Below the pieces are notes generated by a model. The model worked only from the letters and a program-made list of their open reading frames with translations, did not search any database and was not told the DNA's origin. Both the position numbers and the translations under genes were made by a program. From Alphaproteobacteria bacterium (lineage in GTDB: Bacteria > Pseudomonadota > Alphaproteobacteria > MPNO01 > UBA830), in NCBI GenBank assembly GCA_965243135.1, contig OZ251539.1:3904001-3968000 (forward strand): 64,000 nucleotides of DNA, given 5' to 3'. Shown here piece by piece: positions 8,112-19,769 of the stretch (position 1 is the first letter of the stretch; every line of letters begins with the position of its first letter).

Positions 8112-9953
8112 ATGAAACGGTTTGCGATTTTCTCCGCCGCGGCCTGCTTCCTGGCGGCCGCCTCGGCGGTTGCGGCCCCGCGCCACGGGATCAGCGTCTT
8201 CGGCGATCTCAAGTATCCCGCCGATTTCCGGCATTTCGAATACGCGAATCCAAACGCGCCCAAGGGCGGCGCCATGAGGGTCTACGCGATCGACACGTTC
8301 GAGACGGTCAACCCGTTCATCCTGAAGGGCCGCAAGGAAGAGCTGGCCGAAGCGCTGTTGTTCGACACGCTCATGACCCCGGCGCAGGACGAGCCGGACT
8401 CGCTTTACGCGCTCGTCGCCGAGTCCGTCGAAACGGGGGACGGCCTCGTCGCCTTCAACATCGATCCGCGCGCCAGGTTCCACGACGGCTCTCCGGTCCG
8501 CGCCGAAGACGTCGCCTTCGCCTTCGACCTGCTGCGGGAAAAGGGACACCCTCAATACGGGACGATCTACCGCGACGTCGAACGCGCCGCGGTCGCGGCG
8601 CCGCTGCGCGTGGAGTTCGTCCTCAAGCCCGGAAAGCACCGCGACCTGCCGACGCGCCTCGCGGCGTTGCCCGTCCTGTCGAAGGCGTACTACGCCGACA
8701 GGAAATTCGACGAAACGACCTTCGAGGCGCCGCTCGCCAGCGGGCCGTACAGGGTCGCCAGGCTGGATCCCGGCCGGTCGATCGCCTACGCCCGCGCGCC
8801 GGACTACTGGGCCAGGGATCTGCCGGTGAACCGCGGGCGGTACAATTTCGACGAGATCGTGGTGGAGTATTTCCGCGACCGCGAGGTCGCGTTCCAGGCG
8901 TTCTTCGCGAAGGAGTACGATTTCCGGGAGGAGTTCACGTCGCGCCAGTGGGCGACGCAGTACGACGAACCGCCGGTCCGCAAGGGGCTGATCGTGCGCG
9001 AGACCCTTCCGGACGAAACGCCGTCCGGCGTGCAGGCGTTCATCCCCAACCTGCGCCGCGGGAAGTTCGCGGACGTTCGCGTCCGGCATGCGATCGACCT
9101 CGCCTTCGATTTCGAATGGACCAACAAGACGCTCTTCTTCAGCTTGTACGAGCGCACCAATTCCATGTTCGAAAACTCGGATCTGGCGGCCCGCCGACCG
9201 CCGTCGGCTTCCGAATCGGCCCTGCTCGAACCCTGGCGCGGCAAGGTGCCGGACGAAGTCTTCGGCGCGCCGTTCCGGGCGCCCGTCACGGACGGTTCCG
9301 GCCGCGTTCGCAAGAACCTGCGCAAGGCGGCCCGGCTTCTCAAGGAGGCCGGGTGGCGCGTCGAGAACGGCGTTCTGAAGAACGCGGCCGGCGAGCCTCT
9401 GACGATCGAGTTCCTGCTCTTCGAAGCGAGCTTCAACCGCATCGTCAACCCGTACATCGCCAATCTGAAGCGGCTGGGAATCGAGGCGTCGGTCCGGATC
9501 GTCGACGCGGCCAATTTCAAGCGCCGGACGGATTCCTTCGACTTCGACATCGTCATCCGCCGCATCTCGCAGCCTCTGACCCCCGGGCTGGAGCAGCGCG
9601 GCTACTTCGGCTCCGCGGCCGCCGAAGTGCCGGGCTCGTTCAACATCGGCGGCATAAGCGATCCGGCGGTCGACGCCCTGATCGAGGAAGTGGTCGCGGC
9701 GTCCTCCCGCGCGGAACTGACGACCGCGGTGCGCGCGCTCGACCGCGTCCTGATGTGGAACCGTTACGTGGTCACCCAGTGGTACAAGGGAGAACACAAC
9801 ATCGCGTACTGGAACAAGTTCGGCCGGCCGGCCGTTTCGCCCAAATTCGGCATGGGCGTGCTCGACACGTGGTGGTACGACCGGGAGAAGGCGGCGGCGA
9901 TCGCGCAAGGAAACGCGCCGCCCCGGCCGCCGGGCGCCCTTCCGCCGCCTTGA
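8112..9953 (+). CDS. yejA: ABC transporter substrate-binding protein, YejA-like (copy 2)
   Basis: Signal peptide; HGISVFGDLKYPADFRHFEYANPNAPKGG; paralogous to the upstream gene. Confidence 0.88.
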   Translation: MKRFAIFSAAACFLAAASAVAAPRHGISVFGDLKYPADFRHFEYANPNAPKGGAMRVYAIDTFETVNPFILKGRKEELAEALLFDTLMTPAQDEPDSLYALVAESVETGDGLVAFNIDPRARFHDGSPVRAEDVAFAFDLLREKGHPQYGTIYRDVERAAVAAPLRVEFVLKPGKHRDLPTRLAALPVLSKAYYADRKFDETTFEAPLASGPYRVARLDPGRSIAYARAPDYWARDLPVNRGRYNFDEIVVEYFRDREVAFQAFFAKEYDFREEFTSRQWATQYDEPPVRKGLIVRETLPDETPSGVQAFIPNLRRGKFADVRVRHAIDLAFDFEWTNKTLFFSLYERTNSMFENSDLAARRPPSASESALLEPWRGKVPDEVFGAPFRAPVTDGSGRVRKNLRKAARLLKEAGWRVENGVLKNAAGEPLTIEFLLFEASFNRIVNPYIANLKRLGIEASVRIVDAANFKRRTDSFDFDIVIRRISQPLTPGLEQRGYFGSAAAEVPGSFNIGGISDPAVDALIEEVVAASSRAELTTAVRALDRVLMWNRYVVTQWYKGEHNIAYWNKFGRPAVSPKFGMGVLDTWWYDREKAAAIAQGNAPPRPPGALPPP

Positions 9954-9960
9954 GGCGGCC

Positions 9961-11070
9961 ATGCTGGCCTACGTAATCCGCCGCCTCCTCCTCATGATTC
10001 CCACCCTGCTGGGAATCATGATCATCAATTTCGCGATCGTGCAGTTCGCGCCGGGCGGGCCGATCGAGCAGATCATCGCCGAGGTGACGGGCATCGACGC
10101 CGGCACGACCGGACGGATCAGCGGATCGGGAAGCGAGGTGTCCGGCGGCAGCGCCGAGGCGGCGGCGCGCGCCCCGACGGCCGACAGCCGCTACCGCGGC
10201 GCGCAAGGCCTCGATCCGGAATTCATCGCGGAACTGGAGCGGCAGTTCGGCTTCGACAGGCCCATGCACGAACGGTTCCTGCTGATGATGGGCAACTTCA
10301 TCAGGTTCGACTTCGGCACGAGCTACTTCCAGGACAGGACCGTGATCGACCTCGTGCTGTCGAAGATGCCGGTCTCGATCTCGCTCGGCCTGTGGACCAC
10401 GCTGATCGTCTACGTCGTCTGCATCCCGCTCGGCATACGCAAGGCCGTGAAGGACGGCACGCGGTTCGACGTGTGGACCACGACCGCGCTGACCGTCGGG
10501 TTCGCGATTCCCTCGTTCGTCCTCGCGATCCTGTTGATCGTCCTGTTCGCGGGCGGCAGCTTTCTCGACTGGTTTCCGCTGCGGGGGCTCACGTCCGAGA
10601 ACGCCGCGGAGCTCTCGCCGTTCGAGCAGGCCGCCGACTACTTCTGGCATCTGGTGCTGCCCATAATCTCGCTCGTGCTCGGCGGCTTCCTGTCGCTCAC
10701 CATGCTCACCAAGAATTCCTATCTCGACCAGATCAACATGCTCTACGTGCAGACGGCGCGAGCCAAGGGCCTGACCGAAAAGCGCGTTCTCTACGGCCAC
10801 GTCTTCCGCAACGCCATGCTGATCGTGATCGCGGGCTTTCCGGCGGCGTTCGTCGGCATCCTGTTCACCGGCGCCATGCTGATCGAGATCATCTTCTCGC
10901 TCGACGGACTGGGCTTGCTCGGCTTCGAGGCCGCGATCCGGCGCGACTACCCGATCATGTTCGCGACGGTCTACTTCTTCACGCTGCTCGGCCTGGTGAT
11001 GAACCTCGTCGGCGACCTGACCTATACGGTCATCGACCCGCGCATCGACTTCGAGGGCCGCCATGTCTAG
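9961..11070 (+). CDS. yejB: ABC transporter permease YejB
   Basis: MLAYVIRRLLLMIPTL...QFAPGGP, YRGAQGLDPEFI and the EAA-like loop TARAKGL. Confidence 0.93.
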   Translation: MLAYVIRRLLLMIPTLLGIMIINFAIVQFAPGGPIEQIIAEVTGIDAGTTGRISGSGSEVSGGSAEAAARAPTADSRYRGAQGLDPEFIAELERQFGFDRPMHERFLLMMGNFIRFDFGTSYFQDRTVIDLVLSKMPVSISLGLWTTLIVYVVCIPLGIRKAVKDGTRFDVWTTTALTVGFAIPSFVLAILLIVLFAGGSFLDWFPLRGLTSENAAELSPFEQAADYFWHLVLPIISLVLGGFLSLTMLTKNSYLDQINMLYVQTARAKGLTEKRVLYGHVFRNAMLIVIAGFPAAFVGILFTGAMLIEIIFSLDGLGLLGFEAAIRRDYPIMFATVYFFTLLGLVMNLVGDLTYTVIDPRIDFEGRHV

Positions 11071-12112
11071 CGCGCGGCGGCTCGCTCCGTCGCCCCTCAA
11101 CCGGCGGCGGCTCGAGAACTTCCGGCGCAACCGCAGGGGCTTCTGGTCGCTGTGGATTTTCCTCGCCCTGTTTTTCGTCACCCTGCCGGCCGAGTTCATC
11201 GCCAACGACCGTCCTCTCGCGGTCTGGTACGAAGGCGGCCTCTACGCGCCGGTGCTGCGCGCCTACCCGGAGACCGCCTTCGGCGGCGATTTCGAGACCG
11301 AGGCGGAGTACCGGGAACCCGAGGTGCAGGAGCTCATCGCCGAAAAGGGCGGCTGGATCGTCTGGCCTCTGATCGAATACAGCTACGATACGGTGAACCT
11401 CAACCTTCGCGTGCCGGCGCCGGCGCCGCCTTCCACCGACAACGTGCTCGGAACGGACGACCAGGGCCGCGACGTGCTCTCGCGGATCATCTACGGGTTC
11501 CGCCTGTCGGTCCTGTTCGGGCTGATCCTGACCGCCCTCGGATCGGCGATCGGCGTGGTCGCGGGCGCGGTCCAGGGATATTTCGGGGGGCGGATCGACC
11601 TCTACTTCCAGCGCTTCATCGAGATCTGGGGCGGGCTGCCGCAGCTCTACATCCTCATCATTCTCTCCAGCGTCATCGTTCCGGGCTTCTGGACCCTGCT
11701 GGTCATCCTGCTTCTCTTCGGATGGACGGCGCTGGTCGGCGTGGTCCGGGCCGAGTTCCTCCGCGCCCGCAATTTCGAGTTCGTCCGCGCGGCCCGCGCC
11801 CTCGGCGTCGGCAACGCCGCGATCATGTTCCGGCACGTGCTTCCCAACGCGATGGTGGCGACGCTCACGTTTCTGCCGCTGATCCTCACCGGATCGATCA
11901 CCAGCCTCACGGCGCTCGATTTCCTCGGACTCGGCCTGCCGCCGGGATCGCCTTCGCTCGGCGAGTTGCTGCAGCAGGGTAAGACCAATCTGCAGGCGCC
12001 GTGGCTCGGCCTTTCGTCGACGGTCAGCATCTCGCTGACGCTGATCCTCCTGATCTTCGTGGGCGAGGCGGTTCGCGACGCCTTCGATCCGAGAAAGGCC
12101 TTCGGTGACTGA
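11063..12112 (+). CDS. yejE: ABC transporter permease YejE
   Basis: LNRRRLENFRRNRRGFWSL, YPETAFGGDFET, LGTDDQGRDV and RAARALG. Confidence 0.93.
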   Translation: MSSARRLAPSPLNRRRLENFRRNRRGFWSLWIFLALFFVTLPAEFIANDRPLAVWYEGGLYAPVLRAYPETAFGGDFETEAEYREPEVQELIAEKGGWIVWPLIEYSYDTVNLNLRVPAPAPPSTDNVLGTDDQGRDVLSRIIYGFRLSVLFGLILTALGSAIGVVAGAVQGYFGGRIDLYFQRFIEIWGGLPQLYILIILSSVIVPGFWTLLVILLLFGWTALVGVVRAEFLRARNFEFVRAARALGVGNAAIMFRHVLPNAMVATLTFLPLILTGSITSLTALDFLGLGLPPGSPSLGELLQQGKTNLQAPWLGLSSTVSISLTLILLIFVGEAVRDAFDPRKAFGD

Positions 12113-13733
12113 ACTTCTGCGGATCGCCGACCTCTCGGTCTCGTTCGGCCGCGGCGCGCGCGAGGTCCGGGCGGTGCGGAGCGCCTCGTTCGACATCGGC
12201 CGCGGAGAAACGGTCGCTCTCGTCGGCGAATCCGGTTCGGGCAAGTCGGTGACGGCGCTCTCGATCCTTCAGCTTCTGCCCTATCCGACAGCTCGCCATC
12301 CGGCAGGTTCGATCATGATCGACGGCGAGGAGCTTCTCGGCGCGCCGTCCGCCCGGATGGAAAAAATCCGCGGCAACCGCGTCGCGATCATATTCCAGGA
12401 ACCGCTCACGTCGCTGAACCCTCTGCACACGATCGAAAAGCAGATCGGCGAGATTCTCTTCGTCCACAAGAAGATGCAACCGGCGGCGGCGCGCGGACGC
12501 ATTCTCGACCTGCTTCGCGAAGTCGGCCTTCCGAACGCGGAAGCGCGGCTCCGCGCCTATCCGCATCAGCTGTCGGGCGGACAGCGCCAGCGCGTGATGA
12601 TCGCGATGGCGCTCGCGAACGATCCCGATCTGCTGATCGCGGACGAACCCACGACGGCGCTCGACGTGACGATCCAGGCGCAGATTCTCGCGCTGCTGCG
12701 GCGCATCCAGCTCGGCCGCGGAATGTCGATCCTCCTGATCACCCACGACCTCGGCATCGTCCGCAAGGTGGCGGACCGCATCTGCGTGATGAAGGACGGA
12801 GAAATCGTGGAGGCAGGAGAAGCCGGCCGGATCTTCGGACGACCCGCGCACGAATACACCCGGCATCTTCTCGCGGCGGAGCCGTCGGGCAATCCGGCGC
12901 CGGCGGACGCAGACGCGCCGCCCGTGGTCGCGGCGGAGAGCCTGCGGGTGTGGTTTCCAGTCCGGAAGGGAATCCTGCGGCGCACTGTCGGACACGTGAA
13001 GGCGGTCGACGGGGTGGACGTGCAGGTCCGCGAGGGCCATACGGTCGGCGTCGTCGGCGAATCGGGTTCGGGAAAAACGACCCTGGCCATGGCGCTGCTG
13101 CGGCTCGAGCGGGCGCAGGGACCGATCGTCTTTGGAGGAGAGCGGATCGACAGCCTCGACCGGAGACGGTTGCGGGAGCTGAGACGCGAGATGCAGATCG
13201 TGTTTCAGGATCCGTTCTCGTCGCTGTCGCCCCGCCTGTCTGTCGGCCAGATCGTCGAGGAGGGGTTGCGCGTTCACGGCCTCGCGGGAGAGACGCGCGA
13301 GGAGCGCCGCGACAAGGTCGGCGAAGCCCTGCGCGAAGTCGGGCTCGATCCGGACGCGCAGGACCGTTATCCGCACGAGTTTTCCGGCGGCCAGCGGCAG
13401 CGCATCGCGATCGCCCGCGCGATGGTGCTGAAGCCGAAGTTCGTGGCGCTCGACGAACCGACCTCGGCGCTCGACATGTCGGTGCAGGCTCAGATCGTCG
13501 GGCTTCTGCGGGATCTGCAGCGGCGCCACCGCCTCGCCTACCTGTTCATCAGCCACGACCTCAAGGTTGTGCGGGCGCTCGCCGACGAGCTGATCGTCCT
13601 CAAGGACGGAAAGGTGGTCGAGCAGGGACCGGCGGCCCGGATATTCGAGTCGCCGGAGCAGGCGTACACGAAGGCGCTCATGGCGGCCGCCTTCGATATC
13701 GAGGCGATCGAAACCGACGCGGTGGCGACCTGA
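12105..13733 (+). CDS. yejF: ABC transporter ATP-binding protein with two ATPase domains, YejF
   Basis: Two GESGSGK Walker A motifs and two [16 protein letters not shown] signatures. Confidence 0.93.
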   Translation: MTELLRIADLSVSFGRGAREVRAVRSASFDIGRGETVALVGESGSGKSVTALSILQLLPYPTARHPAGSIMIDGEELLGAPSARMEKIRGNRVAIIFQEPLTSLNPLHTIEKQIGEILFVHKKMQPAAARGRILDLLREVGLPNAEARLRAYPHQLSGGQRQRVMIAMALANDPDLLIADEPTTALDVTIQAQILALLRRIQLGRGMSILLITHDLGIVRKVADRICVMKDGEIVEAGEAGRIFGRPAHEYTRHLLAAEPSGNPAPADADAPPVVAAESLRVWFPVRKGILRRTVGHVKAVDGVDVQVREGHTVGVVGESGSGKTTLAMALLRLERAQGPIVFGGERIDSLDRRRLRELRREMQIVFQDPFSSLSPRLSVGQIVEEGLRVHGLAGETREERRDKVGEALREVGLDPDAQDRYPHEFSGGQRQRIAIARAMVLKPKFVALDEPTSALDMSVQAQIVGLLRDLQRRHRLAYLFISHDLKVVRALADELIVLKDGKVVEQGPAARIFESPEQAYTKALMAAAFDIEAIETDAVAT

Positions 13734-13739
13734 AACGTC

Positions 13740-14117
13740 CTACGGCGTTCCGGCCTCGAACGGCGTCCGGCTTTTAAGGGCGCGGCCCGCCCGGGAGATC
13801 CTGTCGGCAAAAGCGTCGAGAAAGGCGGCGCCCAGTTCGGTTCGCGCGATGTGCATGCTGCGGCGATCGTACTCGTCGCTCAACCGCCGGGCGTAACCGA
13901 GCCCGCACAGGCGATCCAGCGCCCGCGACACGGCAGGCGGGGAAATCGCGAGGGCTTCGGAAAGGTCCCGCACCGTATGCGGCGGCGGCGCGGTATAGAC
14001 GGTCAACAGGATCGACATCTGACGGGCCGAAAGATCGGGGGCCGAATCGCGCAGGCTCGCGACCAGCGCTTCGCGCCACAGGGCGAGGGCGTCGTCGCGA
14101 TCGAGAAAAACCGGCAT
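13740..14117 (-). CDS. MarR-family transcriptional regulator
   Basis: MPVFLDRDDALALW...DLSARQMSILLTVY...HTVRDLSEALAISPPAVSRALDRL...DRRS; start at the internal ATG 14117. Confidence 0.82.
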   Translation of the reverse strand: MPVFLDRDDALALWREALVASLRDSAPDLSARQMSILLTVYTAPPPHTVRDLSEALAISPPAVSRALDRLCGLGYARRLSDEYDRRSMHIARTELGAAFLDAFADRISRAGRALKSRTPFEAGTP

Positions 14118-14388
14118 GACGGGCGAGCTTATCCGAATCCCCCTTATCGGGCCAATCTCCCCGGCGGGCAAAACGGCACGAATCGGGAATCTCGTTACGC
14201 GCAGCGCATGGTTCCAAGGCCGGACGGTCGGCATCTCGCAGCTAGGAGCGAAGCGAGACGGAAGCGACTCGCAACCCCGCCGGTGCCGACCGCTCGCAGG
14301 CAGGAGAGAGGAGCAGCATGAAACTGCAACGAGCGTCGACAGGCGCAACACGCGAACCTGCCACGGGCGACCGGCGGAAAAAGTTTCC

Positions 14389-15746
14389 ATGACCCCCGAA
14401 CGAATCGCCGCGCTTGTCGCGGGCGGCGGATCCGAAACGCTGGAGTTCAAGAGCACGACCAGAACGCGTCGCGAGGCTGCAAAGACTGCGCGCTTTTTTG
14501 AACCGTCGCGGCGGCGATGCGCTTTTCGGCGTTGCGCCCGAGGGATATGTTGTCGGACAACAGGTCGGAGATCGAACAATAGAGAGCTGAGCGATGAAAT
14601 AGCCGGCCTCCGGCTTTCCCGAGCGTGGAGCGGTTACGGGGCGACTGCAAGATAAACGTCATCGCCGCCCCCCAAGGACCCGTCAAACCGTATCGTTACC
14701 GGGACTATGCCTATTGCAGGATTGGAAACGCCGCCCGCGCCATGTCCGCCGACGATTACAACCGCAAGCTCTTCGAGCGCATGCACAGCGAGCAGCGCTG
14801 GGAAAACCAGCCCGCCGCCGGATGGTCGATCGAAGATCTCGACGAGACCGAGATCCGGCGGGCGGTCGAGGAAGCGATCCGGCGAGGACGGCTGGCGGAT
14901 CCGGGGACTCGGGAACCCGCAGAAATGCTGCGCGGTCTGGGGCTGTCCACGGACAATAGCTTGTTGCGGGCGGCGGTCGTTTTGTTCGGTCGTCCCGAAC
15001 GCATCGAATTCGAAATGCCGCAATGCTTGCTTCGCGTCGCCCGCTTCAAGGGCGTCGACCGTACCGAATTCATGGACAACCGACAGTTTCATGGCAACGC
15101 CTTCGCGCTTCTCGCGCATGCGGAGCGTTTTCTTCTGGACACGTTGCCGATAGCCGAACGGGTCGAAGCGGGTCGCTTCGCAAGAATCGACGAACCGTTG
15201 TACCCTCTGCCGGCCACTCGCGAAGCTTTGGCGAACGCGTTTTGTCATCGCGATTACTCCATAGGCGGCGGCTCCACGGGGGTAGCCGTTTACGATGACC
15301 GTCTGGAAGTAACTTCGTCCGGCATGCTGCACTTCAGGCTGACTCCGGAAAAACCTTTCGCGCCCTACGAGCCGCGGAATCCGCTGATCGCCCGTACCTT
15401 CTATCGGCGCGGCATCATCGAGGAATGGAGGCGCGGGACCCTCGAAATAGCCGAAAGTATGGTTTCTTCCGGGCCGCCGCGTCCGAAAATCGAGGAGGGA
15501 GGCGGGTGCGTAACGGTATGTTTCCGGCGGCATGTTCGCCAACCGCAGCGCAGAGAAGCGGCGGGACAGGAAATCCTTTCCATTCTGGACAAGGCAGAGC
15601 GCCCTCTGGCGTTGCGCGAAATCCGTTCCTTGTTGGGGCCGGCAGCGGACGAGCGGCGATTGCGCCATGACCTCGCCAAGCTGAAATCCCAAGGATTGGC
15701 AGCATGCGCGGGACGGGGACGGGGAGCTACCTGGAAACGACCATAA
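14389..15746 (+). pseudogene. AlbA_2 (Schlafen-like) + HATPase_c_4 + wHTH (RecG-like regulator), frameshifted copy
   Basis: MTPERIAALVAGGGSETLEFKSTT, then a frameshift near 14490; the C-terminal part in another frame has REALANAFCHRDYS, DDRLEVTSSG, RNPLIA and GRGRGATWK. Confidence 0.8.
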
Positions 15747-15790
15747 AGCCAGCTTGGCGCATGCGGCGCATCGCGTCATACGGCAGGGAA

Positions 15791-16034
15791 ATTGGCCAAT
15801 CATGGCGCATCATGGCTCATTGCGGCCAATTACGGCGCATTATGGCTCATTATGGCTCATTGCGTCGCGGCGGGTACGGGGCGGAGTAGCGCATCGCGTC
15901 ATACGGTACGGAAGGCTGCAGCGGATTGGCCGATCATGGCTCATTGGGGCTAATGACGGCTCATACCGGCCAATTGCGGCGCATTATGGCTCATTGCGTC
16001 CCACTGGTATCCGGGGCGGAGTAGCGCATCGCGT
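15791..16034. repeat. Two blocks of seven phased degenerate decamers (NNNGGCNNAT), 134-bp period
   Basis: 15791-15860 ATTGGCCAAT CATGGCGCAT CATGGCTCAT TGCGGCCAAT TACGGCGCAT TATGGCTCAT TATGGCTCAT; second block 15925-15994. Each is followed by TGCGTC..GGGGCGGAGTAGCGCATCGCGT. Confidence 0.85.
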
Positions 16035-16472
16035 TATGGTTTGCTGGCTGTAGCCGAAGCATCGGCGCAGGAAGCCCCAACATGTGCCTGGCCTTCCGGG
16101 AACGGCAGCGCTGCGACGCCCATGCGCCTTCCGCTGCAAACGCGATTTGGCTGAAGCCCGTTACAGTCGAAGCATTTTTCTTTCGCCTCGAAGACGGCGC
16201 GCGGATCCTGCGCTTCAACGCCGACAGGTCGTGGCGACGCTCCAGACGCGCACTGTCGTTGGCGCGGCGCAAGACGGCACGGACAATAACCAAGTCGAGC
16301 GCCGCGCCGGCGGGCGACCGGGAACTCGGAGAAAAGTCGGGTCGCCTTGGCAAGCCGTTCGACTTGGCCGTCGGCGACCCGTCGCGGCTTCTCGCCCGAG
16401 CAGGAATACACGAAGGCACTCATGGCGGCCGCCTTCGATATCGAGGCGGCGACGCGGCGGCGACCAAACGCT

Positions 16473-16840
16473 CTGCGGCGTTCCGGCCTGGAACGGCGTT
16501 CGGCCGGTGAGCGCACGGCGCATCCGGGAGATCCTGTCGGCGAAAGCGCCGAGACAAGCGACGCCCAGTTCGGTTCGCGCGATGCGCATGCTGCGTTGGC
16601 CGCATTCGTCGCGCAGCCGCCGAGCGTAACCAAGCTCGCAGAGGAGATTCAGCGCCCGCGACACGGCAGGCCGGGAAATCGCGAGGGCTTCCGACAGGTT
16701 CCGCACCGCATGCGGCACCGACGCGGCGCGAACGGTCAGCAGAATCGGCATCCGACAGGTCGTCAGGTCGGGAGCCGAGTCGCGCAGGCTCGCAACCAGC
16801 GTATCGCGCCACAGAGAGAGGGCGTCGTCGCGAAAAACCG
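16473..16840 (-). pseudogene. Degenerate second copy of the MarR regulator
   Basis: Aligns with 13740-14117, but the ATG is lost with a small deletion, the stop TAG has become CAG (16473-16475) and DRR has become GQR. Confidence 0.75.
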
Positions 16841-17094
16841 GCGGCCGAACTTATCCTCCTCGTCGGGTCATTCCGCCGACGAGAATTCCCGGAACGAATC
16901 GGGAAGCGCGTTACGCGCAGCGCATGGTTCGTTTACGATGGCCGACGGTCGGCATCCTGCGGCGAAAGCGAGGCGAAGGCGTCTCGCAGCCGTCGCGTTC
17001 GCCGACGCCAACCGAGGATCGGCATGAAACTACAACGAACGTCGACAGGGACGGCCTGCGAACCCGCGACGGGCGGGCTGCGGAGAAGGTTGCC

Positions 17095-18537
17095 TTGACC
17101 CCCGAACAAATCGCAGCGCTTGCCGCGCAAGGCGAATCCGAAAAACTGGAATTCAAGCGAACGACCCGATATCGCCGCGAAGCGGCCATCGCTCTGTGCG
17201 CCTTCCTGAATCGGGAGGGCGGCGGGGTGCTGTTCGGCGTCGCGCCGGACGGAACCGTCGCCGGGCAAAACGTGGGAAAGCGAACCATGGAGGAGCTCGA
17301 CAGCGAGTTCGGCAGGATCGATCCGCCAGCCTACCCGACGTTCGAGCGAACTCGCGTCGGCGGCGACCGCGAGGCGATCCTCGTCACCGTCGGCCCGGGA
17401 TCCGCCGGTCCTTACCGGTACGCGGGCACCGCTTATCTCAGGGCCGGAAACGCCAACCGCGTCATGTCCGCGGAAGAATTCAACGGCAAGCTCCTCGAAC
17501 GCACGAACAACGAGCCTCGATGGGAAATCCTGCCCGCCGCGGGATGGTCGATCGAAGACCTGGACGAGGCCGAGATCCGACGAACCGTCGAGAATGCCGT
17601 CCGGCTAGGCCGCCTCCCGGAGCCGGGAACCCGGGACCCGGCGGAAATGCTGCGCTGCCTGGAACTGTCGAGGGACGGCGAATTGCTGCGGGCGGCGGCG
17701 GTCTTGTTCGGTCGCCCCGAACGCCTCGAACTCAAGATGCCGCAATGCCGACTGCGCGTCGCTCGTTTCAAGGGCGTAAATCGCGAGCATTTTCCGGACA
17801 TCTGGCAGTTTCACGAGAACGCCTTCGCGCTTCTCGCCCGCGGCGAGGACTTGCTGGCGAAGACGCTGCGGACCCGCCTGCAGGCCGCCGCGGAGAGCGA
17901 TCCGACGAACCCGCCGACGATCGGCGAGCGGACCGGCGCGGAACGCGACGACCGGAAAGACGAGCCTTTCCTGCCGGCCATTCGCGAAGCTCTGGCGAAT
18001 GCTTTCTGCCATCGCGACTACTCGATCGGCGGCGGGTCCACGAGCATAGCGATTTACGACAACCGTCTCGAAGTGACGTCGTCCGGTGCGCTGCATTCCG
18101 GGCTAAGTCCGCAAGGGTTGTCGGATCCCCACGACTCTCTTCCACGGAATCCGGCGATCGCTCGAACCTTCTATCGGCGCGGCGTTATCGAGCAGCAGGG
18201 AAACGGGACCCTCAAAATGGCGGACGACGCTGCCGACGCCGGTTTGCCGCGTATGGAAATCAAGGAAAAGGGCGGGTGCGTTTCGGTGTGTTTCCGGACC
18301 GAGCTACCATCCCCTTACGACCTGCGTGACCCGATCGTGCGGCCGGCCGCCGTGCAGCAAGCGATCCTCAACGTTCTGGAGGAGGCGGGCGGCCCGCTAC
18401 CGCGGCGCAAGATCCATGTCCGATTGGAAATAGAGGTAGATGACGCGCAATTGGTCTACAGCCTCTCCCAGCTGAGATTCAAGGGATTAGCCATACTCGA
18501 AGGACGCGGACGAGGGTCGGTCTGGAGACTTCCATGA
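17095..18537 (+). CDS. AlbA_2 + HATPase_c_4 + wHTH (RecG-like regulator), intact copy
   Basis: TTG start aligned to the copy-1 ATG; GESEKLEFKRTT, LCAFLNREGGGVLFGV, REALANAFCHRDYS, PRNPAIA and GRGRGSVWR. Confidence 0.85.
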   Translation: MTPEQIAALAAQGESEKLEFKRTTRYRREAAIALCAFLNREGGGVLFGVAPDGTVAGQNVGKRTMEELDSEFGRIDPPAYPTFERTRVGGDREAILVTVGPGSAGPYRYAGTAYLRAGNANRVMSAEEFNGKLLERTNNEPRWEILPAAGWSIEDLDEAEIRRTVENAVRLGRLPEPGTRDPAEMLRCLELSRDGELLRAAAVLFGRPERLELKMPQCRLRVARFKGVNREHFPDIWQFHENAFALLARGEDLLAKTLRTRLQAAAESDPTNPPTIGERTGAERDDRKDEPFLPAIREALANAFCHRDYSIGGGSTSIAIYDNRLEVTSSGALHSGLSPQGLSDPHDSLPRNPAIARTFYRRGVIEQQGNGTLKMADDAADAGLPRMEIKEKGGCVSVCFRTELPSPYDLRDPIVRPAAVQQAILNVLEEAGGPLPRRKIHVRLEIEVDDAQLVYSLSQLRFKGLAILEGRGRGSVWRLP

Positions 18538-19769
18538 AGGCCCGCCCGCGGCGACAGCTGGTTTCGGCGCGACCCTTTCTAGCGCAACGCAGGAGAGCGG
18601 CGATCTCGGCCGCGAGGGCGCGACCCTGAACTTCGCGGGAGCCGGAGGTCGTTAACCAGGCCGGATCCCGGTCGCTCAACGGATGGCCCTTGTTCAGTAA
18701 CCGCCGGCCTCAAGGTCAATCCGGAACTTGACGAAATTCCGCGAAATTCCTTGGATCGTTGCGGAAAATTCCCTGACCTCGACGAAGAACCGGAACGTCC
18801 GGAGAGCGTGGCGCACCGCGCTGCCAACGATCTCGGCGCCGCCGAGGTCCAAGCCCGCGGCATGCGTCGCGCTCTCGACGCCGACGGTCGCGGCGAACAC
18901 GCCGTCGTCGATGCGCGTGCAGGAAGCCCTTGCCGACCAATCCACCAACGATAACAGGCGCCGAGACGCGCCAGGCCGGAAAGGCGGATATGCCGATTTC
19001 GCCTCGAACGCGGAGAGGCCGAAAGGAAGAAGCGCTTACTTCGGACGAACCGGCCGCACGGGGCGGCTTCAAGTCCGTCAGCGGTTCCTGGCTGGCTTCG
19101 AAAGGGCAAGATCGCCGGACAGCAACGCGCCAAGCGCGGCTATTTCTTTCCGGCCGGACAACTCGATGAACGCGACTGCCCGCCGAGAGGTCTCGACCGA
19201 ATCGTTCCGCGTTTCGGCGACGGCCACGCGGCGCGGGCGTGGTTGACGACGCCGCGCCCTTCTCCGGACGGGGTCAGACCGCCGGTTCTTTTCAAGAGAG
19301 AAGAAAGCGGTCGCGTGGCGGCCGCCGAAGGAAGCGCGCACGGCGATTTCGCTTGAACGCCAAACCCGTCGCGTTCGCGAGCGGGTTCAACGACGGGGCA
19401 GCATGCCGTCGCGGCGCAAGCTGCGCCTTCTGGGAACCGCTTGCGCGTGCGTAGCGCACGCCGCGAGATCCCGCATCGGGGCATGGAGGCAAGATCGATC
19501 GTGTCGTTGCACTCGACCGAACGATGAAGTTGGTCGATATCCGGCATGATGCCCCATCGCCGCGCCGACAGAGGTAACGCATGACGCCAGCCATTGGGCT
19601 GGGCGCGCGGCGGCCACCTGCGGTGAAGCGTCGGAGGCGGAGGGCAGGGGCGTGGCCGCGCCCCTGCCGCAAGGGGGCGCTGCCGCTGGCACACGACAGC
19701 GCGGACTATGACGCCCTGAACCGGGTCGCGCGACGCGGCGACGGGCGCGACCCGGAGTTCGGCGAAAGG

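Noticed and set aside
6220-9953. Two tandem yejA genes as a novelty
   Set aside because: Duplicated yejA in front of yejBEF is common in alphaproteobacteria.
15755-16040. Possible CRISPR array
   Set aside because: The units are degenerate decamers with no unique spacers, and there are no cas genes in the window.
18540-19750. Short ORFs in long intergenic stretches (also 4800-5390, 22800-23300, 25090-25840, 35050-35650, 41620-42230)
   Set aside because: No recognisable motif, RBS or RNA structure that I can support; probably decayed remnants.
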